A program made the translations under genes and the position numbers. Of a stretch of 64,000 bases of DNA, positions 36,315 through 57,789 are shown piece by piece. The stretch lies in assembly GCA_963693365.1 (NCBI GenBank), contig CAVNZM010000001.1:9936907-10000906 (forward strand), read 5' to 3'. The notes under the pieces were generated by a model. The model had not been told where the DNA came from. It saw only the letters and a list, made by a program, of their open reading frames with translations, and ran no database searches. The first letter of the stretch is position 1. Each line of letters begins with the position of its first letter. The DNA comes from Amoebidium appalachense (lineage: Eukaryota > Protista > Ichthyosporea).

Positions 36315-36672
36315 GCACCACACGCACAGCACGCACCAGCACGCACCAGCACGCACCAGCACGCACAATGTTTCACGCACATGCACGCACATGCACGCAC
36401 ACGCGCACACACACGCACGCACACGTGCTCGCCGTGTGACACGCACACGCACACGCACACCCGCGCACACGTGCGCACAAACACACACGCACAGTATCTT
36501 GGGTAGCTGGTGTGTAACACTTTCCAAGGGCTTTTTTTTTTTTTTTGGGTGGAAAGTGTTACATGGACACAACGTTAACAGTGTAGGGCTTTCTTTTTCC
36601 CCACGGGGGAAGGGGAGGGGGGGAGGGGAAGGGGAAGGGGGGGGGGAAGGGGGGGAGGGGGCTATTGCTTTC

Positions 36673-36715
<43 letters not shown>

Positions 36716-36872
36716 TACTGTAGCAGGAACTCTACTTCGTGATTGTAAATCTAGCCACTTTTCAGTTGCACACGCCGAATTTCAAAGTTACAAAAAAAAA
36801 AAAAAAAAAAAACTACACAAAACAACACGTCCCCCCCCCCCCCCCCCCCCTCCCTGCCTTCCATATGCCATA

Positions 36873-36925
<53 letters not shown>

Positions 36926-37474
36926 AAAAAAAAAAAAAAAACAGGAAAAAAAAAGGAAAGAAAGAAAAAAAAAAGAGAAGGTAAAAAAAAAAAAAGAAAG
37001 AAAGAAAAAAAAAACGAACCAAAAGCCTCCTTTTTAAACCGTTTCAAACCCATGCATGTGCGATTAGACAACTAGAGACTCTGTGGCTATCCTTTTCATG
37101 CACTTTTCCTACTCTCACGGCGGCATACGTCTTCAAGTACCATATAACCAGCTGCATGAGATTGTATCACGCCGGTCTAGGCTACATTGAGCTATGGTGC
37201 CATGTACCTCTCTCACCGTTCAGTCCCAAGAACTATTATTGGATCTATACATCTGACACCTTACCAACATTTACTCGAGGACAGTGCGGTAACGAGGAAT
37301 TTACTTAATAACGCATGAATGCCTGGCCCTGCCATTATAACCCCCCCCCCCCCTCCCCCCCCCCTCTCGCCCACGTGCACCACCACCATCACCCGCACAC
37401 ACACATATCACACACATGCTGCAGCATCCGAATGTGCACACTCACACACAGTCACGGGCGCGCACACGCGTGCA

Positions 37475-37523
<49 letters not shown>

Positions 37524-38012
37524 ACCCCTCCAAAAAAACAAAAAGTTGTGCCTCTGCCCCCTCCCCCCCCCCCCCTCCCCCCCCCCCCCTCCCCCCTCCA
37601 TACCAAGTCCCCCTTCCGGTTGCCTCGGGTTCCAAGTTCTCCCTATTGCCACGTCAGAAACAGCCAGAATGTGAATATACAAGAGGTCGTAAACTTAGTA
37701 ACCTAGATCGGAATAGCTTGAAACAACATGAGCCTAGATGCAAACGCACGGTATCATCACGAATCCCTCTTTAGCGAAAACAATAGAATACTGTTCACAA
37801 CCACTGCCCCCCCTCCCCCCCCCCCCTCCGCCCCCCCCGCCACACACACACACACGCACACGTGCACACGACATTATGCATGTGCGCATGTGTGTGATTT
37901 ACATGGGACTTGTGAGGTACGATGTGTCACACGGTGTCAATGATTTTCATGCATGTGGGTCTCTATGGGGATGCCCGTGTGTGTGGCCGTGTGGCCTGTG
38001 CCTTGCATGTAT

Positions 38013-38105
<93 letters not shown>

Positions 38106-38209
38106 GGGGGGGGGGGGGAGAAAGAGAGAGAGAGAGAAAGAGAGAAAGAGAGGGGGAAGGGGGGGGGGATAGAGAGAGAGAGAGTGAGTGAGAGAGAGAG
38201 TGAGAGAGA

Positions 38210-38304
<95 letters not shown>

Positions 38305-38596
38305 CGTGCGGCGTGCTGTGAGACGGTCATGTTGGGAATTTTTCAGGCGGGGAAGTTTCCTATGCGCAAAACGGTGTCCCTGCGACCGTGTGATAGAGAC
38401 ATGGATGTGTGTTTAACCCTCTTGCTGTAACAAACAGTTCGTGTACATGTACACGGGATACCTATCTACATTATCTCCAATCGATTAATCAAGGCCCCTT
38501 CATTTATCTCAACACTTTTTTTTATTCCCTCTCATGAGATATCTGCTATGTTCTTGCCCCTCGATAGTTTATATTTCGAAAAATTCATCAAGGAAC

Positions 38597-38649
<53 letters not shown>

Positions 38650-39722
38650 AGGGATCGACAGGCAGGAACTGTATTCACGAATGTGTGCCTGTCCTTTTTT
38701 TGTTTTTGGTTGGTTTGTTAATTTTGGACTTCACTTTCACTTCGATCTCTTAGCTGTCACGTCAACTTTTTTCCCCGATTCTTCACCATGGCAGGTATAT
38801 AAAGGCTTTCGTTTCTTCTTTTTGTGGTGGGAGGGAGTCCCACTCAGGGGAACGTGACTGCAGCATGTGTGTGGTGTGGCCTGGTGTATTCCTATTGCTG
38901 TGAGAGTGTGGGGGCATCTCCCTTTCGCGGATTTTCTCGCTTGAGAAGTGGTTTCTTCAACGCCTGGTGGTCCACTGCAACCTATGGTAACTTCTACACG
39001 CTGTCTACGCTTCTACGCGACCTATTGGCGGTGGGCTGCTGCAATTTCTTCAGCTACTTCTGCGCTGCGTGAGTGGAGGGGCGGCTACTTGGTCGTCGGG
39101 GAGCTTTCCAAGTGACTGCCAGTCCTTAGCCTCCAGTCGTATGGCAATGACCGGGTTTGCTTGCATGCATTCTGTAATTGTGTTCTTCTGTGTGTCCTGC
39201 CACAACTAGGCCACCTTATCAGAGAGCTAGATGCAGTTTCTCCGGGTTATCTAGGGGCCGGGCCCGTTGGGATTGTTTTTTAGCTCAGATTTGGTCTGCA
39301 TTGCTCTTTTAGAGGCTGACTTGCTTGCTGTGCCTCGGTAGGTTTTGAGGGGGGCCTGTTGGGAAGCAGCAGTAATGATGTCTTCTTGCGGAGCGTGGTC
39401 TGGTCAACATCGATGCATATGACTAGTTGGAGCAAAGTAGTTTCACGCATACACGTACACTTAAGGTTTTGCCCGCTGGTGTCCTTTGTCACTTGTCGCT
39501 TTATTTTTATTTCGTAGCTTTGGCTTTTTCAGTTCTAATGGTGGTTATGTAGCCTGTGGCTGCACGTTGCCTTCATCAACGGATCAATAAAACCGAGTCA
39601 AAAGAAAAAAATGTTATTTTTAAAAGTCCCCCCCTCCGCTCGGACACCTCCCCGGGAAGGGGGGGGGAGGGGGGGAGGGGGGGGAGGGGGGGGGGGGGGG
39701 GGGGGGGTCCTCTCCGTGAACT

Positions 39723-39754
<32 letters not shown>

Positions 39755-40074
39755 CCACCACCACCACCACCACCACCACACTACCACCACCACTTCCCAG
39801 GTTGCAAGCTACACATGAAACGAGTCAACCTCCCCCCCCCCCCCCCCCCCCCCCACTCCCTGCATATTATCGATTCCCCCCCCCCCCCCCCCCCTTCTCC
39901 CCCTTGCAATTTATTGATAAAAGTAGTTGAAGAGCCTGTATGCATACCCAATCACCAGCCTTGAAATATTAACTCAGTGAGAGCCCAGTGCTGACTCGGT
40001 GATCCTGGCATGTCAGGCTAACTTGGAGTTCTGGCAAAAACTACAAAAACTGCGGTACTAACTAGAGCTAGAGG

Positions 40075-40307
<233 letters not shown>

Positions 40308-40785
40308 TTCTCCTGGGGCCCCCCAGGGGGGGGAGGGGGTCGTCTTCTTTTCTTCTGAGGATTTATTAAAGGCTATAATGATAGCCCTAATGCCAAGTTC
40401 ACGATGCATGCCGCATCATTTTACTCCCCTTTCCTTTTTTTTTTTTTCCGTCCCACAATCTAAGTACCCATTCTTTTAGATGTGACTCTGCATGGCTTGA
40501 GTCCCAAAATGTTGGGTGACCCATTCCACCCTGCATCAACTTGCCAGTTAATTGTAAAAGACATTGTCCAAACATGACTGTCACACCGGCATTCTGCTTC
40601 GCCACTGTTGGTGGTACTGCTATCCGCACGGGTCGCCCATTTGTATTGCTTAATGGTAGATAGCCCCAACTGCTCGTACATTTCGGTAGAGGAAGTGTAG
40701 GGTGCCAGTCTTGCTGTTTCTCTTTTTTCCCTCTTCTCTTTTCTCTACTAAGTATTTTTTTTCTTTTTTGGATGTGTGTCACGGG

Positions 40786-40903
<118 letters not shown>

Positions 40904-40945
40904 TGTTGTGTGTGTTGGTGTGTGTGTGCGCGCGTGCCAGTGTGT

Positions 40946-40976
<31 letters not shown>

Positions 40977-41468
40977 GGGGGAGAGGGGGCCCGAAAATAG
41001 AGGGGGAGGGGGGGGGGGAAGGGGGGCGTGAGTGTATGCCGATAAGCGTACGCGCGTGGGGCAAGCGGGGCGGGGCGGGGGGGAGGGGGGGGGGGGGGGG
41101 GGGGGGGTCTAAAAAGCAACCCGTGTGTGATGGATATAAAGCAAGCCTCATTTCCGGTAACACACAATAAAAAAACGCTGCACTGTACCATTGAAAAAAA
41201 AATGCATTGTGTATTTCTTCAGGGTTTTTTCCCTCTCATACAAAACCCATAAAAACCGATTAGTGCCTGGCCTGGGAGGCACAGTGACTGCACACAAAGT
41301 ATTTTCACCATCCCATTGGCAAATAAACGGTTAAGGTGGAATGGAGCCATCCTTGGCCCGGACCAGAACCGAGTCATCCCGGCATACTGACCATTTAAAA
41401 AAAGAATGGCCCCGTATGGTTAAAACTTTTGGCAGGTGTCATGCTATTCAGGCGGCACCAGGGTGGGT

Positions 41469-41505
<37 letters not shown>

Positions 41506-42145
41506 AAATGCACGAGCACTAGTAGAAGTAATGCATGATCTAGCATAGTGTATTTCATCTCGGTCCGCTAATAGAAGCATCCCAAAATCTGACTGTGGCC
41601 TGTGGTCCATGTTTATTAGAGAGGGAAAAAAACGGGACTTCGCCGCTAGTTTACCTTTATTTGTGTTGACTCAATTGACACATAGCTTCTGTACACATCA
41701 TAGTATTCACCAATACATACCAATGTCCACTCGGGATATATATATATACACACCCAAATCCTCAATCATTCACTCACAGCAAACATGCATGCATCTATTG
41801 GCACAAAATTCCGCATATGAATGAAGTCATGGTCCGGTACGTGTGTACATATAAATATTTCCTGCCACTCCTTGTATGTGATATTCTCAGTACCGTAAAT
41901 TAGAAACATAGGCACTCATTCCCTCTATGATACATTCCCATCACCTAGGTGTGTACATGGGATACATCAGCCTCTCAGGTTTCCGACGTATACACACCCA
42001 AATCATCAAATTCTTGTTCGTGGAAAGGTTAGCATATATATCCTGCCACTCCTTCTATGTATTGTTCTCGGTGCCTTCACATGCACTCATTCCCTCTTTC
42101 ATACATACTCGTCGCAAGGCGCGCTCATCATAGTGGTACATTCAC

Positions 42146-50186
<8,041 letters not shown>

Positions 50187-51454
50187 GTTTGTCACAAACA
50201 CTTAAGAGAAAGTTGACTCACTAACGAATTGATTGATTTATTGGGGCACTAGGTAAATAAAGTGTAATGAATTGCATATGTTAAAAAAGGAATGGCGGTG
50301 GGCTTTCACGACACACAATACCGTAGTAGATTCGTGAGAGTTCACACCGAGCCTACAATCACACACGACAGGGAGACAGCTACTCAGTTTATATATAGGC
50401 CACTTTCAAAGCTACTATATTCCATCTATCAACAAAGACAAAAGGGTGTTTGAAAACCAACTGAGAAAACTCTGTGTGTGAATCATGTGTCGGAATGTCT
50501 TTTATAGACCGTGTACCTTCAAGTTGGTGCACGTGAGACGTTGCGTCACTGAGTAAACGTTTTATCCTGCTGACTACAAGAATGTGCAACGGAATCTCAG
50601 ATCTGGTTGCTCAGAATTAGCGACAGTGATTATTGACCCCTAAAAAAATATTACAAACATAAGCAGTACCGTTTAAAAGTTTCAAACACATTTTTTATCA
50701 CCTAGTGCATCAAATAGACATTAAGTTAGCTGATAGCATCAGGAGAAAACTTTACTGTTCACTTGTTGCCCAATCACAAGCGACAAACTGCGTGCGCCAA
50801 TAAGATTCCCGCTACAAGCTACAAGCTTAGCCAAATATGGGCTGTGTAAACCAGGGCTTGCTATTTCAGTAATGGTAGATTACATATTGGCTCACAGAAT
50901 TGGCTCAGTGACTATGGGAGAGTGACTTAGGCTTGGTTTTTTAGCTCACGATCGCGTATCATTTCGTATTTGTTCTCACCGCCGCAAAACACGTTGTAAC
51001 ACAAATTTTAAATTTTCAGGGGGAAAAAAGAAATAAAACAATAGAAAAAAAATATCTAAGGTGGCTAATGTACACATCAAGGATCTATTCTGCACACTGT
51101 ATTATCAAATCTTCAAAGCCCTGAAGAGATAGATTAGCCAAACTAGTTCATCCAATCACAAGCATCCACTGTGGAGCCTGTCACATTCTTGTCATTCCTT
51201 CAAGCTAGTCTGTCATCATGACGATCCTCCAACAACTTTGCGCAAACCGTCACCGTGCCGCCGGCATGTAGCTGCAAAGGCAATTTGCAAGTAACTAGTA
51301 CGAGTCATACTTGCCAGCGACAATAAACTGCACATGCGAAGAGAGGGGAGGGCAGGTGCCAGGCGGAACAGGGGAATCAATGGCCCTGGAAGTGGGAAGG
51401 GGGCCTCGCGGAAATCTCTAATTAGCTAACACAACCACACACATACACACACAT

Positions 51455-51511
<57 letters not shown>

Positions 51512-51604
51512 ATCCTCCTCTCACTCTGTCGCCCTTTCTAGATTTTGAATTCCCTCTCTCATCCCTCTGGATTTCTCTTTTTCCCAACCTCCCAATCACC
51601 CTCA

Positions 51605-52213
<609 letters not shown>

Positions 52214-53697
52214 GGCTGACCTCCCTTTCCCTCTCTCCCTTAACGAATAAATGTCCTAAAATAAATTTCCTTATATACCATATATGGTATATAAGACTAT
52301 TGGTCCGTTATGTCCACACCAATCAAATTGAGTGCGGGGATGAACCATGCATGTGCATAACGGCAGATCGTAATCCCCCATACTCCCTAACTCCCGATAC
52401 TCAGTGGGGGCCGATAATCCTACATATGAAATTTGATCAATTACATAGTGAAATTTCAAAATGAACCCTTTGTCCTTAAACACAGACACACGCACACACA
52501 CACACATACAAGCTACACAAAACACGCTCCACGTGGCACACACGCGCGCACTTGTTCGCGCGCATTACACGCACACGTACACACGCACGCACAGGCCGGT
52601 CCTTTCAATGATCCCGGTCCTTCCTGCTAGTCCTTCCGCGGAACTGAGTAGGCAAGTAGGTCATCCCCAGGCTTCCTCCCCTCCGCCCCACCCCTTTCCC
52701 ACCCCTCTCGATCTTGCCTCTTGCAGAAGCAATGCCCACAAGCACACACGTGTATACACACATGCACACACACGCACGCACGCACACACACGTACCGCAT
52801 GATGCTGCGCAAGCGGCAACAAATACACGTGTACCATGGCACACATGCATGCAAGTGGATGCGATGTATGGATCTTGCCAGATCTTTCCGCTGATCTGGA
52901 ATGCATTTGAAGGTGGATTACGTTTTCCGGTTGGTAACCGTGGATTGGGCCTTGTGTGTTGAGAGCGAAGCAAAGCTTTCTTTACATCCTATTTAGTGAT
53001 CCTACTGTCTGACTGTACATTACTGCCAAACACCTCCGAGGCTTGCGAGTAGGCCGGTTCGTTTCTTCTCTTAAGATCATCCCACTATGACAAGATGGTT
53101 TATTGCTAATTAATGGTTTATATGTTTTTCCCCTAACATTTAATTAAATTAACTAGATTTATTTCTCTGGGACACACTGAAAACAACTGCATTTCAAGTC
53201 TTGACGGCTGCCATGCATATGGGGGACTTGGCTAATTAGATCAAGGAAAATCGACACGCATCAGTGTGGCTCGATTCGGTTGGTCCGTTCAACTTCGGAA
53301 CGCTTTTGATGCTGAGCTTCTTGATGGGGGGGTTTGAGAATATTTTTATAATGACTTTAATGATAAACTCATGTGACATCAAGAAAAGCATGCGAGATAT
53401 CACATTTGAGAATATGAGAGCTGTTAAAAATACTTGAATCTTTCAGCTTTCTATTCAATAATTCAACAAACACTGATCACATGTATGTAGGTTTGATAGT
53501 AAGCTTCTGGTATACCTCTTTAAAAAACTTCATGCGGATTTTATGTGATTTGGACGCGATAATAAAGCAAATGCAAGGGTTTCTTACTGTGATAAATATT
53601 GTTGATCCTGATCATCAATAATATCATCATGATCAGTTGTTTTTAGAAATTAGAAACTTTGGTAAGAAATGTGTTACCCCCCTTTCCGCCGGGCGCC

Positions 53698-54065
53698 TTG
53701 GGATATTCGGGTTGGTTGTAAGGTTTTCCGGGTCGGGCCGAAGGCCCTAACGGGCCGCAGGCCCGTCTATTGGGCCATAGGCCCTAGGCCGCTAGGCCTG
53801 GGGCGCGGGGCCCCGGGGACCGGGGGGCCCGGCCCGGCCCGCGGGCCACCCCCCGGCCCGGCCCGGCCCGGGGTTAGCAGATTCTGCTAACCCCGGGCCG
53901 GGCCGGGCCGGGGGTGGCCCGCGGGCCGGGCCGGGCCCCCCGGTCCCCGGGGCCCCGCGCCCCAGGCCTAGCGGCCTAGGGCCTATGGCCCAATAGACGG
54001 GCCTGCGGCCCGTTAGGGCCTTCGGCCCGACCCGGAAAACCTTACAACCAACCCGAATATCCCAA
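53698..54065. repeat. 368-bp near-perfect GC-rich palindrome
   Basis: Arms 53698-53881 and 53883-54065 around a single T at 53882 (GTTAGCAGA-T-TCTGCTAAC). The only difference seen is C6 vs G5 in one run. The ORF track gives the same peptide WDIRVGCKVFRVGPK on both strands. Confidence 0.97.
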
Positions 54066-54181
54066 AATTGCTTCATTCTGATTGGTTGTCACACCACGGG
54101 GTTTCCCGATTGTTCTTCGAATGACATTTGCTATCACTATCAGACAGTTCTCCAATATCAGAACAGAAAACGGTCTCTACC

Positions 54182-54279
54182 CAGATGGCCAGATGGCCAG
54201 GTCAAATTCAGTGTGTGGAAAAAGGTGGATAAAACGGGATAAAACGGTGAGCAAAATGATCTGGCCATCTGGCCATGTG
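54182..54279. repeat. Second inverted repeat (19-bp arms, ~60-nt spacer)
   Basis: CAGATGGCCAGATGGCCAG / CTGGCCATCTGGCCATGTG, one mismatch. Confidence 0.8.
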
Positions 54280-54309
54280 GCCATGGAATCTCTATATCTA
54301 AAAATAGCT

Positions 54310-54690
54310 GCCACTGCGCCGGGGCGTGGTTCCGGGAGGCAGGGGAGGCACACGTGCAGGGGAGCACTCACTGGCACTGCGCCGGGCGTGGTTCCGGGAG
54401 GCAGGGGAGCAGGGGGGCAGGGGAGGCACACGTGCAGGAGGCAGGGGAGCACTCACTGGCACTGGGGGCGTGGTTCCGGGAGGCAGGGGAGGCACACGTG
54501 CAGGGGAGGCAGGGGAGCAGGGGAGACTGGGGGGCCACTCACGGTGTTGTGTATGCATATGACCATGGTCACGTGTACTAAGAGACTCCACTGGGGGCGT
54601 GGTTCCGGGAGGCAGGGGGGCAGGGGGGGCAGGGGGGCAGGGGGGGACACGTGCAGGGGAGGCAGGGGGGGGGGGGGGGCAGGGGGGGAT
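54310..54690 (+). repeat. Degenerate GC-rich tandem repeat with GC-box and E-box motifs
   Basis: Four copies of GGGCGTGGTTCCGGGAGGCAGGGG, each followed by CACGTGCAGG, with variable GCAGGGG expansions. Confidence 0.85.
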
Positions 54691-54713
54691 AAATGTTGTG
54701 TGTGCATATGTAT

Positions 54714-55344
54714 GTTGGTGCCAAGAGGCAGCGCCCTACACGTGTGGTGTCTAAACAGCCTATAGGCATGCTCCGTGTGCAGGCACCAATTTCTACCCTC
54801 TTCTGGTTGGTGCCAAGAGGCAGCGCCCTACACGTGTGGCGTCTAAACAGCCTATAGGCATGCTCCGTGTGCAGGCACCAATTTCTACCCTCTTCTGGTT
54901 GGTGCCAAGAGGCAGCGCCCTACACGTGTGGTGTCTAAACAGCCTATAGGCATGCTCCGTGTGCAGGCACCAATTTCTACCCTCTTCTGGTTGGTGCCAA
55001 GAGGCAGCGCCCTACACGTGTGGTGTCTAAACAGCCTATAGGCATGCTCCGTGTGCAGGCACCAATTTCTACCCTCTTCTGGTTGGTGCCAAGAGGCAGC
55101 GCCCTACACGTGTGGTGTCTAAACAGCCTATAGGCATGCTCCGTGTGCAGGCACCAATTTCTACCCTCTTCTGGTTGGTGCCAAGAGGCAGCGCCCTACA
55201 CGTGTGGTGTCTAAACAGCCTATAGGCATGCTCCGTGTGCAGGCACCAATTTCTACCCTCTTCTGGTTGGTGCCAAGAGGCAGCGCCCTACACGTGTGGT
55301 GTCTAAACAGCCTATAGGCATGCTCCGTGTGCAGGCACCAATTT
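54714..55344 (+). repeat. 92-bp tandem array, ~6.9 nearly identical copies
   Basis: CCAAGAGG at 54721, 54813, 54905, 54997, 55089, 55181 and 55273; the unit contains palindromes CACGTG, GCCTATAGGC and GCATGC. Confidence 0.97.
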
Positions 55345-55530
55345 GTTGTGCCTTCCTTTTTTGGTTAGATCTATACCCGGCCAATGGTTAGCAGCCACGG
55401 GTTTGTTTTCATCAAGCTTAGACGTGATACTTTGCCAATCATCAAGGCTGTTTGAGTGACAATGACCGTTGATTGGACAGATCTATCCCATTGAACCTTG
55501 GCACCATTGCTGTAAGCTGCTTTGTACCGT

Positions 55531-55543
55531 GGCATATAAAAGC
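55531..55543 (+). promoter_or_regulatory. TATA-box element GGCATATAAAAGC with upstream CCAAT boxes
   Basis: About 95 bp upstream of ATG 55638; the identical 13-mer lies upstream of the gene starting at 59588; CCAAT/ATTGG at ~55381, 55435 and 55472. Confidence 0.65.
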
Positions 55544-55637
55544 AGCACACACGGTCACATTCACTCATTCCAACACTGACACTCAATAGTAAAAGGCGAC
55601 ACACAACAAACTTGTTTTTCAAACACTCACACGAAAC

Positions 55638-56109
55638 ATGGATTCTTGGAAAGAGGAGCTTCAACAGCTGCAGAAGCGCGTTGATTTTCTGTACACGGAC
55701 CATTCGTCCCGCTTAACGGCCCTGCACACCGACCTCATCAGCCTCCGCAGTCAAGTGACCAATGAGAATGCTGCACGTACGCCCCGACCCTCTGATGTAG
55801 AGGCACGACTGAGGGCAGCCGAAGACCAGATCAAGACCCTGCAGGCCGAGCTTGCCAGCCTGCAACGGGCAGTAGCACCCCGCCGGGATGGCCAGGTGGC
55901 CTATGAAAACTACATTTTCAGTGGCCCTCGCAAGACTACCCCTGTCGCCATGACCACCACTCTGACTGCCCCCCCCCCTGCCACCAAGACCACCACTGTG
56001 ACTGCCCCCCCCCCTGCCACCAAGACCACCACTGTGACTGCCGGCAGCCCCCCCCCCTGCCACCAAGACCGCCCCTGTGACTGCCCCCACCCCTGCCACC
56101 AAGACCGCC
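55638..56109 (+). pseudogene. 5' part of a coiled-coil / Pro-Ala-Thr-Lys repeat protein gene, interrupted by a solo LTR
   Basis: MDSWKEELQQLQKRV heptad pattern, then TAPPPATKTTTV repeats; frame slips in the C10 run at ~56048-56057; the repeat continues directly after the insertion at 56715. Confidence 0.75.
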
Positions 56110-56714
56110 TGTCGTGGCAACAAACAGAGTGTATATGAACTACTCTAACTATCTGCACGCTTAAAGGGGCTCGAAACCGTGTATACGTATAAACTTTTCT
56201 TTGAGTTGGGTGGGAAGCGAGTTTTCTGTGTTCTGAGAAGAACTTCCAAAAGCCCGCGACCCCGCGAGACACTTCACAGACACGCGGCCCACTGGCCAGA
56301 CAAATACCACAGTGACATTCAGCCAATCACAACACTCCCTCCCTCACAGACTACACGCACTCCACACCATTGGCTACCGCGACCTCAGACACCCCTACAG
56401 CACTACAACACGTACACACGTTTACTCACAATACATATAAGCATACACACACGCGAGCAGGCAACATGGGTCTCGCCACGCACACAGCAAGAAGCAATAC
56501 AACATTTAACATGGAGAGTACGCAGAGGCATGGGGCATGCACGCGCGCACCAAACAATCAGCCGCCGCTGCATCAGATTCTCCCCATACCACTGATTAAT
56601 CTCCTCATACCCCATTTAGACCCCGGCATCACTATGCAAGAAACCCCCCGAAATTCACTCACCAAAACACAAAATATAGAAGCAAACTAATACGAATCAG
56701 CTCAGCACATGACA
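56110..56714. mobile_element. Solo LTR (605 bp)
   Basis: Ends TGTCGTG...CATGACA (TG..CA, imperfect inverted repeat) flanked by the 5-bp duplication CCGCC (56105-56109, 56715-56719); removing it restores the coding repeat AAG ACC GCC CCT GTG ACT GCC. Confidence 0.85.
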
Positions 56715-57385
56715 CCGCCCCTGTGACTGCCCCCACCCCTGCCGCAAAGACCGCCCCTGCCAAGGCCACCCCTACCACCAAGACCACTCCTGCCAAGACC
56801 ACCCCTGCCACCAAGACCACTCCTGCCAAGACCACCCCTGCCGCTAAGACCACTCCTGCCAAGACCACCCCTGCCGCTAAGCCCAGGCCCCAGCACACCA
56901 AGACACCTGAGACTTCGATGGACCTCGATGCACAGCTAACTAGTGTGAGGGGGGAGCTCCAGAATGCTCGAGAGCGTGTCAAAGAGGCAAAGGCGGCTGA
57001 AGATGAAATAGCGGAGGGCCTGGCCCTTGCTGCTGTGTGTACAGCCCAAAACACCATAAAAAGCATCCGAAGGAAGATTCTGCGACGGGAGAAGAACTTG
57101 AAGGCATACACAGGTGGTAATGAGTCTGTCTCCTCACCTGCCTCACCCGCCAAACGCGTCCATGATCAATGTGATTGGGACTCAGATGAAGCATTCAACC
57201 CCAAGCGGCTCAAACGACGGGCAAATCAGGTACTCGATGATATGACAGATGACAAATCTGCGTCTGATTGTGAGTCGGTCTTGTATGACCGCAAACCTGA
57301 ACCCAAACATAAACAAACTGAAGAAATTCCCCTCATTGATCTTGACGAGGAAGAGTTTGACCAGTATGAGGATGAGATGGACTGA
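56715..57385 (+). pseudogene. 3' part of the same gene: PAKTT repeats, coiled coil, basic NLS-like motif, acidic tail
   Basis: Open frame to TGA at 57385 with (PAKTTPATKTT)n, LDAQLTSVRGELQNARERV, PKRLKRR and IDLDEEEFDQYEDEMD. Confidence 0.75.
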
Positions 57386-57789
57386 TTTGATTGGTCGACT
57401 AAGTGGCATTCTCTTTTGATTTGTATTTGAATTGATCGGTCTTGATTTAATTTGTTTCTTTTCTCTTTTAGTTTGTATTTGAATATACTCGGTCCAAATT
57501 GATTTGTTCTTTGTAATCTGACTAGACTATCATGTACGTACTTACTCTTTTTCTATACAATCACTTGTGTTCATATTAAAGGATTCTGTGTACGTGGACC
57601 ACGGAAACATACACCATTTTTTGCAGTGCTTCATGCTATAAAATAACCATGAGAGACACAAACAAATACATTAAGTGTGTACACGTCTACCCATAGGCCC
57701 AAGTGTTGACATGTCTGCCCACAGTTCCCTAAGGCTTAAAGCACACATCTGCCTGTATGCCATAAACTTTACTTTCACCACAAGGCACC

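Noticed and set aside
38755-39500. Possible solo LTR (TGTCAC start, TATATAAA)
   Set aside because: No matching CA end or TSD found.
53669-54765. ORFs across the palindrome and GC repeats
   Set aside because: Mirror-image and repeat-derived peptides from stop-poor GC-rich DNA.
54714-55344. 92-bp array as a CRISPR array
   Set aside because: Units are identical end to end, with no unique spacers and no cas genes.
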